A stretch of 37,099 bases of DNA from a virus (taxonomy: Duplodnaviria > Caudoviricetes), in the IMG/VR virus record IMGVR_UViG_3300048576_000458, positions 1 through 37,099 of that record; one strand, 5' to 3'. Shown here in pieces: positions 1-8,818 of this stretch. How positions within the stretch are numbered: position 1 is the first letter of the stretch; every line of letters starts with the position of its first letter. A program made the position numbers and the translations under genes. The notes under the pieces were generated by a model that saw only the letters and a program-made list of their open reading frames with translations, made no database searches and was not told the origin of the DNA.

Positions 1-867
1 CTACACTTTTCTTGCTTGGCTTTTTTCGTTGGAAGGCGCTGTTGAGGAGCGAGGGGAGGCGCTCCTAGGTTTACAACTGGTGATAAGCAATTCTGTCGTC
101 TTTCGGCGATGTTCCGATTTGCCTGAGAGGATACTCGTTCGTTCTATGCTGTAGTGATTTCCGAAGCCTCTGTAGAGTTCCTTGACGGCAGCATGGTCGG
201 CATTTGACAACACGACCAAAGCGCCTTTGGCCACAGCTCGTCTTATGGCGGAAGCCAATCTAACCTGATCCTCCCACAAAAAGAGGTTTGAATTGTATTT
301 GATGAAATTGTTGTTATTGTGCGTCACGGTATACGGGGGATCTATGTAAATCAGGTCTCTCCTTTCTGCCATATCAATGATCGCTTCAAAATCAGACACC
401 TTGAGTGTTGTTTGACTAAGCGCAGTACTTATCGTTTGAAGGTATGCATTTGAAAACTCGACAAGTGTCTTCGTGCCCATGGGCACGTTAAACTCACCCT
501 GTCTATTGACGCGATACAGACCATTCCAACACGTGCGATTCAGATAGATAAAACGAGCTGCGCGTTCAATGGGATCGTCAGGAACAACTGATCTGGCCCA
601 GTAATAAAAATCCGGGGAGTGGAGGGCTTGGAATTGCCTTAGCAGGATTGCAACCTCACCCGGATGGCCCTTGATTGCCTCATAAGAATTGATGAGATCA
701 GAGTTCCTATCGGCAAGGACAGCCAAAGAGGGCTGGAGGCAAAAGAAGACAGCCGCGCTTCCTGCAAACGGTTCAATGTACCGGCGGAAGCGCTTAGGAA
801 ATAAATGTCCGTACTTCTTCGCGAGCCATCGCTTTCCGCCCGCCCACTTTAAGAAAGGTTCAGGCAA
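1..867 (-). CDS. Dam-family (D12 class) DNA N6-adenine methyltransferase
   Basis: Motifs FLKWAGGK, YIEPFAGSAAV, LNRTCWNGLYRVN...FNVPMG (Dam/DpnM-type recognition loop) and IYIDPPY. Start moved from 909 to the TTG at 867, which follows AGGAGG and overlaps the upstream stop at 860-862. Confidence 0.92.
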   Translation of the reverse strand: MPEPFLKWAGGKRWLAKKYGHLFPKRFRRYIEPFAGSAAVFFCLQPSLAVLADRNSDLINSYEAIKGHPGEVAILLRQFQALHSPDFYYWARSVVPDDPIERAARFIYLNRTCWNGLYRVNRQGEFNVPMGTKTLVEFSNAYLQTISTALSQTTLKVSDFEAIIDMAERRDLIYIDPPYTVTHNNNNFIKYNSNLFLWEDQVRLASAIRRAVAKGALVVLSNADHAAVKELYRGFGNHYSIERTSILSGKSEHRRKTTELLITSCKPRSASPRSSTAPSNEKSQARKV

Positions 868-3214
868 GGTTTTCCTCCTGAATCTCCTCAGCACTCGATA
901 GCGGAACAAAGTTGCTGGGCGCCGAGTTCAGCCGGTTGAAGAATTCCCCGTGAATATAATCTAAATAGTCAAAGTCCTCCAGTTTGTAATGTCTGTTATG
1001 AGCTGGGTGCCCAGGAATTCGCCTGAGTCGGTTTAACCGCTCCATCCACTTGAGATTCTTTGCAAATCCCTTTTCCCCGGGCTCAGGAATATTGAAGACC
1101 GACTTGAATAGGGGCCAATTCTGTTTGTGCTCGACTATTTTTTTCAGATCGATTTCGTCAAGATAAGTCTCGAGAGGCAGGGACTCATCGGCATCGTCAT
1201 CGTCCAAAGACTGGGCATAGGCTTTGGTCCTAATGCCCTTGTCGGGCACCCCCTTGTCCCAGTATTTAGCCTCCCCGTGAACGGATCTAAAAACATCAAA
1301 GATATACCTCCTAATCTCAACCCAAAGTTCGTCGAGTTGTCTATCGGCTCTCTGTATGTTTTCTTGCGACTGTTCCTTTTCCCATTCTGCCATCCCCTCT
1401 GGCTGAAAGTCGGGGTACTTCGTTTTCACGACCTGACACAGACGGAAATAGTACTGAGGAAGGCCGCCGGAACCAAAAGGTACCTGAAAAGTCTCCTTCA
1501 TTTTCTTGCTGTCGGCGTTTTCCAGGAATTCGCGTATAGGAGATATGTATTCCTCAATTTCAAGCATCATGTCTTCGACACTCACCTCACGGCTATCCGT
1601 CGCCGTGTTCACTTCCCAATACTTGATGAGAGAAGAGAGCAGCATTGTGTAAGCTTGGACAGCCACATTGGTGCATAGATGGCCTTCGCGGCCGCTTTCC
1701 CACTGGGCGAGGTTCGCGTTTCGAATGACAGAGAAGTACTGGCTCAAAGCCGATCTGGATCGGTCAAGAGTCTCCGAATCATTCGCCGCGCAAAGAGGTC
1801 CAAGGTCGTACTGACATTTGTTAACGATTGCTCGGCCAAGAAGCCCCGAACGTCTTAATGCGTCCTTCAGTGCAGGAATGGTCAAGCAAGTTTTGTTTGT
1901 CGAGTCTATCCCTTGTTGCGTGATCCTGTTGTAGAAAGGTTCGCCTACATCGCTGTTGAGAAGGTTAATTAGCCGCGCGGAGATCGCACCTATTCGTTCA
2001 CTCGGGATATCGGACCCCCACTTCAGCTCACCCTCAAGGTCGTCCAACAGGTGTTTTGGAACCGTCTTCTGCTCATGATTGATGGTCACAAACAGATTTG
2101 CCTCTTCAGGCCGTGGCAACATCTCGAACGCAATGACTGCTATGTTTTGATCCAGGAAGACATCCTTTAACGGAGCAAATCCGTAAAGACGGTGCTGTCC
2201 ATCAATGACCCAAGCGGACCGGTATTTGTCTGGGAGATACAGATGACCGAAAGCAATTCCCGTCTTCTCGTCCTGACTTATCTTGTCGAACCTGACAGGT
2301 CGAGAAAAATTGATCAAAATATTGTTAGGAAAGTATCCACCGCTCCTAATAAAACTTCCTATATCGTAAAGTCGCGAACGGTTTATAAGGCGCTGGTAAG
2401 ATGGGGCACCTTCTGGGTCATTCAAGGACCGGTGGTTGACGAAGGCTATTTTTAGTAGGTCACGAGGTGTGGTTACGAAGGAGTAGAATTTCTTTCCGCC
2501 AAGTTTCCCGCGTATCCCCGGGACTGCTTTTCCGCTCAGCTCAGGAATCGTCTGGTCCTTCAAGAACTCGGCCAGGAATTGATACCGCGCAGCACTTCTG
2601 AGATGCTCCGCTATTTGTCCGTAATACCTGAGTTCTCTCTCTGTTATGATTCGGATCTTGAGACCTGCCGCACGTTCACGGTCAGGCCTTGACCATACGA
2701 TGTTTTCGGTCACAAAAAGCCATATGACTTTTGGTTTGAAATCACTTCCATAGTGCTTACGAATGGAATTGGCAATCGGTCCTTTGAGATTGGAGAATTC
2801 CTCCAGATCTTTCTGCAGAGACCTCTTCACCACTCTCTCCGCAGCCTTGCATTCCGCTACGATGACCGTTTCCTCGTCTCTCGCAAATACGTCAATCTGC
2901 TTGGTCAGCGGTTCAGCCCCTTTACGGTCAATAGCAATCGTAAACTTTCGGCCTTCATTCATTTCTGGATAGCCCATCTTGAATAGCAGCATCCAGAACC
3001 TGTTTTCAAGCCGCTCATCGATGATTTTTTCGCGCTTGACCTTGACTAGACGTTTGAGCGGACGATCAACCTTCCAGCCTTCCGCCTCATACGCGGGCAC
3101 GCTTTCTGCAGATATTGCCTTCTCGTCAAATGGCTTTCGACGCCGGCCGGCCTCCCGTGCAAGACGTGAAGGATCAGACAAGAGCGGTGCCAAGTACGTA
3201 GCGTTCTCTGCCAT
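860..3214 (-). CDS. DGQHR (DndB-like) domain protein with N-terminal PD-(D/E)xK nuclease motif and C-terminal HEPN-like motif
   Basis: QIDVFARDEETVIVAECK (nuclease D...ExK); YQRLIN...GGYFPNNI...WVIDGQHRLYG...LFVTINHEQK (DGQHR family); LNRLRRIPGH near the C-terminus (Rx4H). ATG at 3214 follows GGGGGA. Confidence 0.85.
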   Translation of the reverse strand: MAENATYLAPLLSDPSRLAREAGRRRKPFDEKAISAESVPAYEAEGWKVDRPLKRLVKVKREKIIDERLENRFWMLLFKMGYPEMNEGRKFTIAIDRKGAEPLTKQIDVFARDEETVIVAECKAAERVVKRSLQKDLEEFSNLKGPIANSIRKHYGSDFKPKVIWLFVTENIVWSRPDRERAAGLKIRIITERELRYYGQIAEHLRSAARYQFLAEFLKDQTIPELSGKAVPGIRGKLGGKKFYSFVTTPRDLLKIAFVNHRSLNDPEGAPSYQRLINRSRLYDIGSFIRSGGYFPNNILINFSRPVRFDKISQDEKTGIAFGHLYLPDKYRSAWVIDGQHRLYGFAPLKDVFLDQNIAVIAFEMLPRPEEANLFVTINHEQKTVPKHLLDDLEGELKWGSDIPSERIGAISARLINLLNSDVGEPFYNRITQQGIDSTNKTCLTIPALKDALRRSGLLGRAIVNKCQYDLGPLCAANDSETLDRSRSALSQYFSVIRNANLAQWESGREGHLCTNVAVQAYTMLLSSLIKYWEVNTATDSREVSVEDMMLEIEEYISPIREFLENADSKKMKETFQVPFGSGGLPQYYFRLCQVVKTKYPDFQPEGMAEWEKEQSQENIQRADRQLDELWVEIRRYIFDVFRSVHGEAKYWDKGVPDKGIRTKAYAQSLDDDDADESLPLETYLDEIDLKKIVEHKQNWPLFKSVFNIPEPGEKGFAKNLKWMERLNRLRRIPGHPAHNRHYKLEDFDYLDYIHGEFFNRLNSAPSNFVPLSSAEEIQEENLA

Positions 3215-3376
3215 GTTTCCCCCTGCGGTAATAACCAAGAATCTTGACCCGGTTTGTTGTTTCCTTCATACCACTCATAAACAGTAATTGCAATTGCTAT
3301 TTCACCTGCCGTCAAAATGATCGAGGAAGTCACAACAACACGTTGCAGGGGAATATGCCACCCAATAGGCCGTCCG

Positions 3377-4153
3377 CTATCGTACCCTCTCATAGTTGGC
3401 CACTATCAACTCTGTCACTTTCTTCTTGCTGCCGGCGCCACCAGCAAGATAGGTTGTGGACACCTCCATAATGGTAAAGGACTCGAACAGCTGCCGGATC
3501 TCTGGCGTGTCGTTTATTGACATGATGAACTTGCCCTGAAGCCCGGACAGAAAATCGGCAAGGCGGGAGAAGTCCTCCTGGAAGAAGATGCCTTTGCCGT
3601 AGTCGCTCTCGCAACCATAGTATGGCGGGTCGAGGTAGAAGAACGTGTCGGGGCGGTCGAAGCGGGTGAGGACCTCGTGATATGGCAGGTTCTCTATGTA
3701 GACCCGGGCGAGGCGGAGATGGATCTGTGACAGCTCTTCCTCGATACGAAGGAGGTTGAGGGAAGGACGGCGGGTCGGGCCGATGCCAAAGCTTTGGCTC
3801 ACGACCTTGCCGCCGTAGCCCGAGCGGAGAAGATAGTAGAAGCGGACAGCCCGCTGGATGTCCGTGAGCGTCGCAGGGTTCTCGGCCTTGAAACGGACGA
3901 ATTCGTCCCGAGAGACGAGGAGCCAGCGCAGGTACCTGACGAACTCGTCAAGATGGAGCTTGATGACCCGGTAGAGGTTGACCAGATCGGAATTGATATC
4001 GTTGAGAATCTCGACCTGGGACTCTTCTTTTTTGAACAGCATCCAGGCCGCTCCGGCAAAAACCTCACAATAGCATTTGTGTTCGGGAATGAGCGGCAGA
4101 ATCTTCGCGGCTAACAAAGACTTTCCGCCGAGGTACGAAAGAAAACTCTTCAT
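3377..4153 (-). CDS. Phage Dam-family DNA adenine methyltransferase in the mom position
   Basis: SYLGGKS, CEVFAGAAW, EILNDIN and FFYLDPPY motifs; last gene of the late operon; SD AAGGGAGG upstream. Confidence 0.92.
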   Translation of the reverse strand: MKSFLSYLGGKSLLAAKILPLIPEHKCYCEVFAGAAWMLFKKEESQVEILNDINSDLVNLYRVIKLHLDEFVRYLRWLLVSRDEFVRFKAENPATLTDIQRAVRFYYLLRSGYGGKVVSQSFGIGPTRRPSLNLLRIEEELSQIHLRLARVYIENLPYHEVLTRFDRPDTFFYLDPPYYGCESDYGKGIFFQEDFSRLADFLSGLQGKFIMSINDTPEIRQLFESFTIMEVSTTYLAGGAGSKKKVTELIVANYERVR

Positions 4154-4160
4154 GATGTTC

Positions 4161-4270
4161 CTCCCTTAAGTCCATGCACGCTGCCTGCCGATAACCCCAA
4201 TTGGGGTGGATGGCAGCGGGTTATCCTGTCATGCGTTGGCGCGCATGTCTTAAGGGAGAAAGTGCTCCCT
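4161..4270 (-). promoter_or_regulatory. Structured 5' leader able to occlude the methyltransferase ribosome-binding site
   Basis: Perfect 10-bp inverted repeat 4161-4170/4249-4258 covering the SD, a competing hairpin 4253-4258/4265-4270, and several internal helices. Confidence 0.7.
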
Positions 4271-4295
4271 GGGTGCTGTCCGCCCTTCTACAGGA

Positions 4296-5720
4296 TCAGG
4301 TTCCCCACCCTTCCGCCTCCGCCGTGATTTCGCCATAGATCTCTTCGTTGGTGTTTTCGTTGTAGGAGTAGCATTGCATCACGAATCGAACGTGCTGACC
4401 GGGGGCGAACTGCGTTAGATCAATAGTTGTCGTGGGCGGATTGGTGTAACCTGCGATGGTGAAACTCCCATATCCCTCGTCGTAATAATAGACGCCATAG
4501 ACCTCGTAAGTCGTGCCCGGGGGCCAGATGGCAACCGCGTCCCATGAGAGGGTGATCTTCCCGGCAAGCCCCTGCGAGACCGTGAAATTGTTTATCGTCA
4601 TGGGATAGCTCGGTTGAAATCCCGGGTCGTCCTCGTGCCCCTCGGTGAAGCTTGCCACCGGTTCCGTCCAATTCCCGTAGGTATAGGGGCGATCCCAGGC
4701 CCAGTACTTGATGCCCACGCCCCGCATTCTCATGGTGAGCTTTTGCGGAGATCCCGAAGCAAGGGCGGGAATGTCCAACACCGATGTGTACCAGGGCAGT
4801 TCCATGTTCCACACATGACCGTAGATGACGTAAGGATCGAGGGGTGGAAAGGGCGGGTCTTCGCCCCACGAGGTGATATGACTGTTGAAGATGTCCGGTG
4901 CGCGGTCGAGGGCCACGTCGGTATACTGAATCTGGTATCCGCCTCCCCAGTCGCTAATGCTGGCGAGGTCGAGGTTTTGGGCGATCGAAGTCCTTCCAGC
5001 CCATCCCCAGTCTATGTCGTCGGCGTTCCAGTACCAGCGGACCTCGCCGCGCCCTTTGCCGGCAGATACTTCAAGGCCGGAGAAACTCGGCTGCCTCGTG
5101 TAGTCCGGCACCATGCCTATGGCGTAGTGACTGAAATAGGTCGCGTCGTCTCCGCCCTTCAGGACGCGAGCTTTGTAGTAGTAGCGCTTTCCGAGCGAAG
5201 GAGGGGTGACCCTGATGGTCATCCGCATCGGGGCGGTTATCTGATAGCTCCCGGCCAGGGTAAAAGGACCGGCGAAGGTCCCGGACACGTAGATCTCGAC
5301 GACATCACCCGGTAACATGCCGAGATTCGACCAGTAGAACTCCAGATACATTCCCGGGTCCGTGTTCCCGTCGACCGGGAAATAGCTGGGACCGATAAAT
5401 GAACACAAGATGGCAGAGAACATTGTCGGCAGGTCTCCTTCGAGATCATTGCCGTACTCCTTAAATGCTTTCAGGCCACAAGTCGTGAAAAAATACCCGG
5501 CTTCCCTGTCGAAAATGCCGTAGCGCATGGCGAGGCGAGTCCGTTGGATGCCGCAGGCGTCGTCGGCATCACAGGTGAGAATGATGCGCCATGTGCCTTG
5601 GTCGTCTATTTGTATGGCGGGACCCCAAAGGCCTGCTTCCCAGTCGTCTGGGTCCACGGCTACGGATTTCGTGACCCCGTCCTTGTCGCGTATCTTCAGC
5701 CCGATGTCTCCCTCGGCCAC
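4296..5720 (-). CDS. Putative tail-tip/receptor-binding protein with fibronectin-III-like segments
   Basis: 474 aa, W/Y/G/P-rich, with FN3-like patterns (RYYYKARV, KITLSWDAV...TYEVY). Last structural gene; its GTG start overlaps the upstream TAG. Confidence 0.6.
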   Translation of the reverse strand: MAEGDIGLKIRDKDGVTKSVAVDPDDWEAGLWGPAIQIDDQGTWRIILTCDADDACGIQRTRLAMRYGIFDREAGYFFTTCGLKAFKEYGNDLEGDLPTMFSAILCSFIGPSYFPVDGNTDPGMYLEFYWSNLGMLPGDVVEIYVSGTFAGPFTLAGSYQITAPMRMTIRVTPPSLGKRYYYKARVLKGGDDATYFSHYAIGMVPDYTRQPSFSGLEVSAGKGRGEVRWYWNADDIDWGWAGRTSIAQNLDLASISDWGGGYQIQYTDVALDRAPDIFNSHITSWGEDPPFPPLDPYVIYGHVWNMELPWYTSVLDIPALASGSPQKLTMRMRGVGIKYWAWDRPYTYGNWTEPVASFTEGHEDDPGFQPSYPMTINNFTVSQGLAGKITLSWDAVAIWPPGTTYEVYGVYYYDEGYGSFTIAGYTNPPTTTIDLTQFAPGQHVRFVMQCYSYNENTNEEIYGEITAEAEGWGT

Positions 5721-5977
5721 TACACTCCCCCTCGGCCACCATTTGTACAGGCATACATGAGCCGGACACTCCCCAGTCCCTGATTGCCTATGCTGGTGAA
5801 GTCCCCGTGCATCAGGCCGGTGGCTTTGCCCCCGCCGCCCGTCGCGGGTTCCAGGGTGATCTCTGTTTCAGCCTGCGGCGTGGCGTCCTGGAGATCGGGC
5901 GGCTCCGGAGGGGTAGCGCTGCCGGGCTTGACCGTCTCGAAGGACCGCAGGCCCTCGCCGACGTCAGTATCTTTCAT
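5720..5977 (-). CDS. Small tail-associated protein, paralog of 5984..6217
   Basis: SD GAGGTG; shares MKDxDxGxG...SATPPExPDLQDA...GGGG with its neighbour. Confidence 0.75.
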   Translation of the reverse strand: MKDTDVGEGLRSFETVKPGSATPPEPPDLQDATPQAETEITLEPATGGGGKATGLMHGDFTSIGNQGLGSVRLMYACTNGGRGGV

Positions 5978-5983
5978 CGTTTT

Positions 5984-6217
5984 TCACCTCTCCATCCATA
6001 TCCGGCCCTGGTAAAGGTCGTCGGGCGGTTCGTCGAGGACTTCCAGGCCCACCATGATCCCGTCGCCTCCGCCGCCCGTCGACGCTGCTTCGACGCTTAT
6101 GGTAGTCTCCGGCTGGGAGGCGGCGTCTTGGAGGTCGGGCAGCTCCGGAGGGGTAGCGCTCGCCACCTCGTCTTTCTTGTAGGATTGCACGCCCTTGCCG
6201 ATATCCGCGTCTTTCAT
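5984..6217 (-). CDS. Small tail-associated protein, paralog of 5720..5977
   Basis: Tightly packed in the operon; 25 of the first 45 residues identical to the neighbour by hand alignment. Confidence 0.75.
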   Translation of the reverse strand: MKDADIGKGVQSYKKDEVASATPPELPDLQDAASQPETTISVEAASTGGGGDGIMVGLEVLDEPPDDLYQGRIWMER

Positions 6218-6223
6218 AGGCTT

Positions 6224-6607
6224 TTAGCTCCCCGATATGTCGATCATGTCTCCAGAGATACCGACCTGGTTCTCACACCTGAATCCGGTCATGGTTTTGC
6301 CGGGGCCGGTTTCTCCCTGGTAGTCGCGCACCAGCGTTAGTTCGGTGTTCGACTGGATAGACTTCACCATCACCGGGATCTCGACCTCCCCCGCATCTAC
6401 TTTGCGTTTGTCGTCGGTGTAGTTGTACACCGAGTCCCCGACGCTCACGGAGGTGAGAAAGCTCGTGCCCGAGCCGTAGACCTTCTTCTTGTTGGTCGCC
6501 GAGAACTCGACCGTGCCGGTCACGGTGTAGTCTGCCGGCCATGCCTTGGAAGTCAGGGCTTTCGTGCGCGATTCAGGTATTTCGGGAAACTTCAGCGAGA
6601 TGGCCAT
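6224..6607 (-). CDS. Small tail protein containing a beta-rich module also found in 6607..8286
   Basis: TGTVEFSATNKKKVYGSGTSF...SIQSNTELTL...Y.G matches an internal segment of the upstream gene; TGATG stop/start overlap. Confidence 0.75.
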   Translation of the reverse strand: MAISLKFPEIPESRTKALTSKAWPADYTVTGTVEFSATNKKKVYGSGTSFLTSVSVGDSVYNYTDDKRKVDAGEVEIPVMVKSIQSNTELTLVRDYQGETGPGKTMTGFRCENQVGISGDMIDISGS

Positions 6608-8286
6608 CAGGTCAAAGGCGGCATCACCGCCACCTCCATCGTTGTTACGGCGCGGCCGGTATCGGCGTCGTATTCGTGCCGGTATCTAGTGGTCTTCCCG
6701 CGAAACCGGAGATTCGGGAAGCTTCCTTCGATGGTGAGGTCCCGGCTCGCGTTGGCATACATGGCCATCTGCATCGGGACGGTAATGAGACGGTGGGACT
6801 CCAGCATCTTGGCGCGAGCCAGACCCGCGAGCATGCTCTTGATCGTGAATCCCTCCGGTTCCTTGTGGTTGTTGCGGCACTGCACGGTGAGGTACCTTAA
6901 AGGGGCCGTGTAGTTCGTATCCGAGTATCCCCAGGTCTTGGCGCCCGATACCGCCCCGTGGTCGAGGGCGATCTTCTGTTCAAGGGGTTTGAGCCCGTAT
7001 TTGGCGATGCTTGCCGTGTTCTTGAACCCCTGGCGGCAGAGGAACGTGCGCCGCTGTTGCTCCCACGTAGCTTCGTGTATCACGTCGAAAGTATACGGAG
7101 GCCCCGCCCCCAACAGGCCTGCGGCCGTGGGGGTCTTCAGCTTCCATTCTCCCACCCCGGACGCGCCCGAGCGCAACTGAGAGACGATCGAATCCGCCTC
7201 CTCGTCTGCGTTCGCCACCCGGTTGACCGCGAGGTACGTCCACCTCAGTTGATAATCCTCGGTCACATCATAGGAGACGAGGTTTACCACCTGCTGAGGA
7301 TCGTGGTGGACCATCGTCACGCTATGGAAGACAAAATCAGCCGGACCCAGCACGAGATCGGCGGTTGCCTTCGCCCGGCAGTCGGAGATCCTGAAGTTAC
7401 CGCTCTTGTCCACCTCCAGCGTGGCCCACTCCGCGTCGAGGGCCTTGATCGCCTTGTCGAGGGTATCGGTCGCCGATCCGCTCAAGGGCTCGAAATAGAG
7501 CCCCCACAACCGTTTGCCCGTTTTCCCGGTGCCGCAGGTGCCCGGGTATTCGAACTCCAGCGTCAGCTCCGTGTCGGACTCGATCGACGCTATGGCCGTG
7601 GCGCGGTTGAGCCCGGGCGATATCCGGTACCCGTCACCCACGCTCCAGCCGTTACCCTCGATCACGGACACGTAAGCCACGGTTGCCGTGTTCGACACGA
7701 TTCTGCCCGACCATCCCGCGTGGCTCGTGTTGTAGGCGTACTTTCCGGCGAGGCTGTCCTGCACCCATGAGGCCGAGCTATCCGTAAGGGCGGCTATGCC
7801 CGAGAACGGCGCTCCGTTCGCGGTCGCCGTGCCGCTCGGTTTTGCCCCCACGGGGTCGTTCGTGGCGTTGAAAATCCGTTGCCCCGGTCTCAACTCGCTG
7901 TTGAAATATGTACCCGTTCCGTAGACCTTCTTCTTGTTGCCGGTCGAAAAGTCAAGCGTGCCGGTAATGGCCGCCTGGAACAGATCGCCCTCCAGCCACT
8001 CCGGCCCGTAATCCTTGGCGTCCTCACGTAGATCGGTCGCCTTGCAGTCGAAGACGCGCATAAAAGGGTCGAACGTGGCCTCTCGCAGACGTCCCGTAAA
8101 AAGAAGGGTCCCGGACCAGGAGATAACCACCGCTCCGCCGGCGAGGTCCTCATGGTCCAGCATCTTCGCGGCGTCGCATACCGAAAACTGGGCCACCACG
8201 GCGCAGCCCTCGTCCGCCTCGATGGTGAGCGTTTTTACGAGGTAGTTGCTCATGGCGACGCCGGCTATCGTCAGGGCGATGGACAC
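6607..8286 (-). CDS. Tail hub/tip structural protein (putative)
   Basis: 559 aa, second gene after the tape measure. N-terminal LFTGRL...FDCKATD pattern resembles hub proteins; translationally coupled at both ends. Confidence 0.65.
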   Translation of the reverse strand: MSIALTIAGVAMSNYLVKTLTIEADEGCAVVAQFSVCDAAKMLDHEDLAGGAVVISWSGTLLFTGRLREATFDPFMRVFDCKATDLREDAKDYGPEWLEGDLFQAAITGTLDFSTGNKKKVYGTGTYFNSELRPGQRIFNATNDPVGAKPSGTATANGAPFSGIAALTDSSASWVQDSLAGKYAYNTSHAGWSGRIVSNTATVAYVSVIEGNGWSVGDGYRISPGLNRATAIASIESDTELTLEFEYPGTCGTGKTGKRLWGLYFEPLSGSATDTLDKAIKALDAEWATLEVDKSGNFRISDCRAKATADLVLGPADFVFHSVTMVHHDPQQVVNLVSYDVTEDYQLRWTYLAVNRVANADEEADSIVSQLRSGASGVGEWKLKTPTAAGLLGAGPPYTFDVIHEATWEQQRRTFLCRQGFKNTASIAKYGLKPLEQKIALDHGAVSGAKTWGYSDTNYTAPLRYLTVQCRNNHKEPEGFTIKSMLAGLARAKMLESHRLITVPMQMAMYANASRDLTIEGSFPNLRFRGKTTRYRHEYDADTGRAVTTMEVAVMPPLT

Positions 8287-8816
8287 TATATCTCCTCACC
8301 CGTGATGGTCCATCCACTGCGGGCATCGTACTGTTCCCAGGTGTGGGTAGGCGGAGAGAAGTACATGCTCAGCCTGGGGAAATAGAGCACGATCAATGCC
8401 TGTTCCCCTCCCGTCAGCGTGACACTGAGGGCGCTGCTGCCGGTGACGGCCGAAGCACGGACGGCCTTCGATCCGTCAGCGAGCAGAGCGTAGACTTCCG
8501 GCACGTAGTCCCCGTCTGTCCGGAAACTGCGGGTCGTGGTAATTGAGGCGGCGACCGTCTGTTTCTCGGTGATCCCCTGGGGCGACGCAAATTCGAGGGA
8601 GGAGCCGTAATCGAGCCCGGCGAGCGCCGGCGGCAGGTAGTTCCCTTCGGAGGTTATTTTGACCTGGTACTTTCTCCACGCGGTCTGCTTGACGAGGGTT
8701 CCCGACTGCATGCGTAGCGTCGCCGATCCCTCGACCGGCGACAGCTCGACCGACAGCCCATAGGCGTCCTGCTCGCTGACTACCACACCGCCTATTGAAA
8801 AGGAGAAGATCGACAT
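8286..8816 (-). CDS. Minor tail protein (distal-tail-like, by synteny)
   Basis: 176 aa directly after the tape measure gene; LRMQSGTLVKQTAWRK pattern. Confidence 0.6.
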   Translation of the reverse strand: MSIFSFSIGGVVVSEQDAYGLSVELSPVEGSATLRMQSGTLVKQTAWRKYQVKITSEGNYLPPALAGLDYGSSLEFASPQGITEKQTVAASITTTRSFRTDGDYVPEVYALLADGSKAVRASAVTGSSALSVTLTGGEQALIVLYFPRLSMYFSPPTHTWEQYDARSGWTITGEEI

Positions 8817-8818
8817 GG

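Noticed and set aside
3307-3322. tgccgtca(aaa)tgatc resembling tgccgtcatgatc at 36522-36534 as att-like ends
   Set aside because: The match is short and gapped and in direct orientation. Mu-type elements have inverted TG...CA ends rather than att cores.
5710-5739. 11-nt direct repeat ccctcggccac around the start of the 474-aa gene
   Set aside because: Too short to interpret; it may be a recombination scar, but there is no further support.
4296-8286. Diversity-generating retroelement or invertible G-segment in the tail region
   Set aside because: No reverse transcriptase or invertase gene is present. The repeats found are direct, short and not adenine-specific variants.
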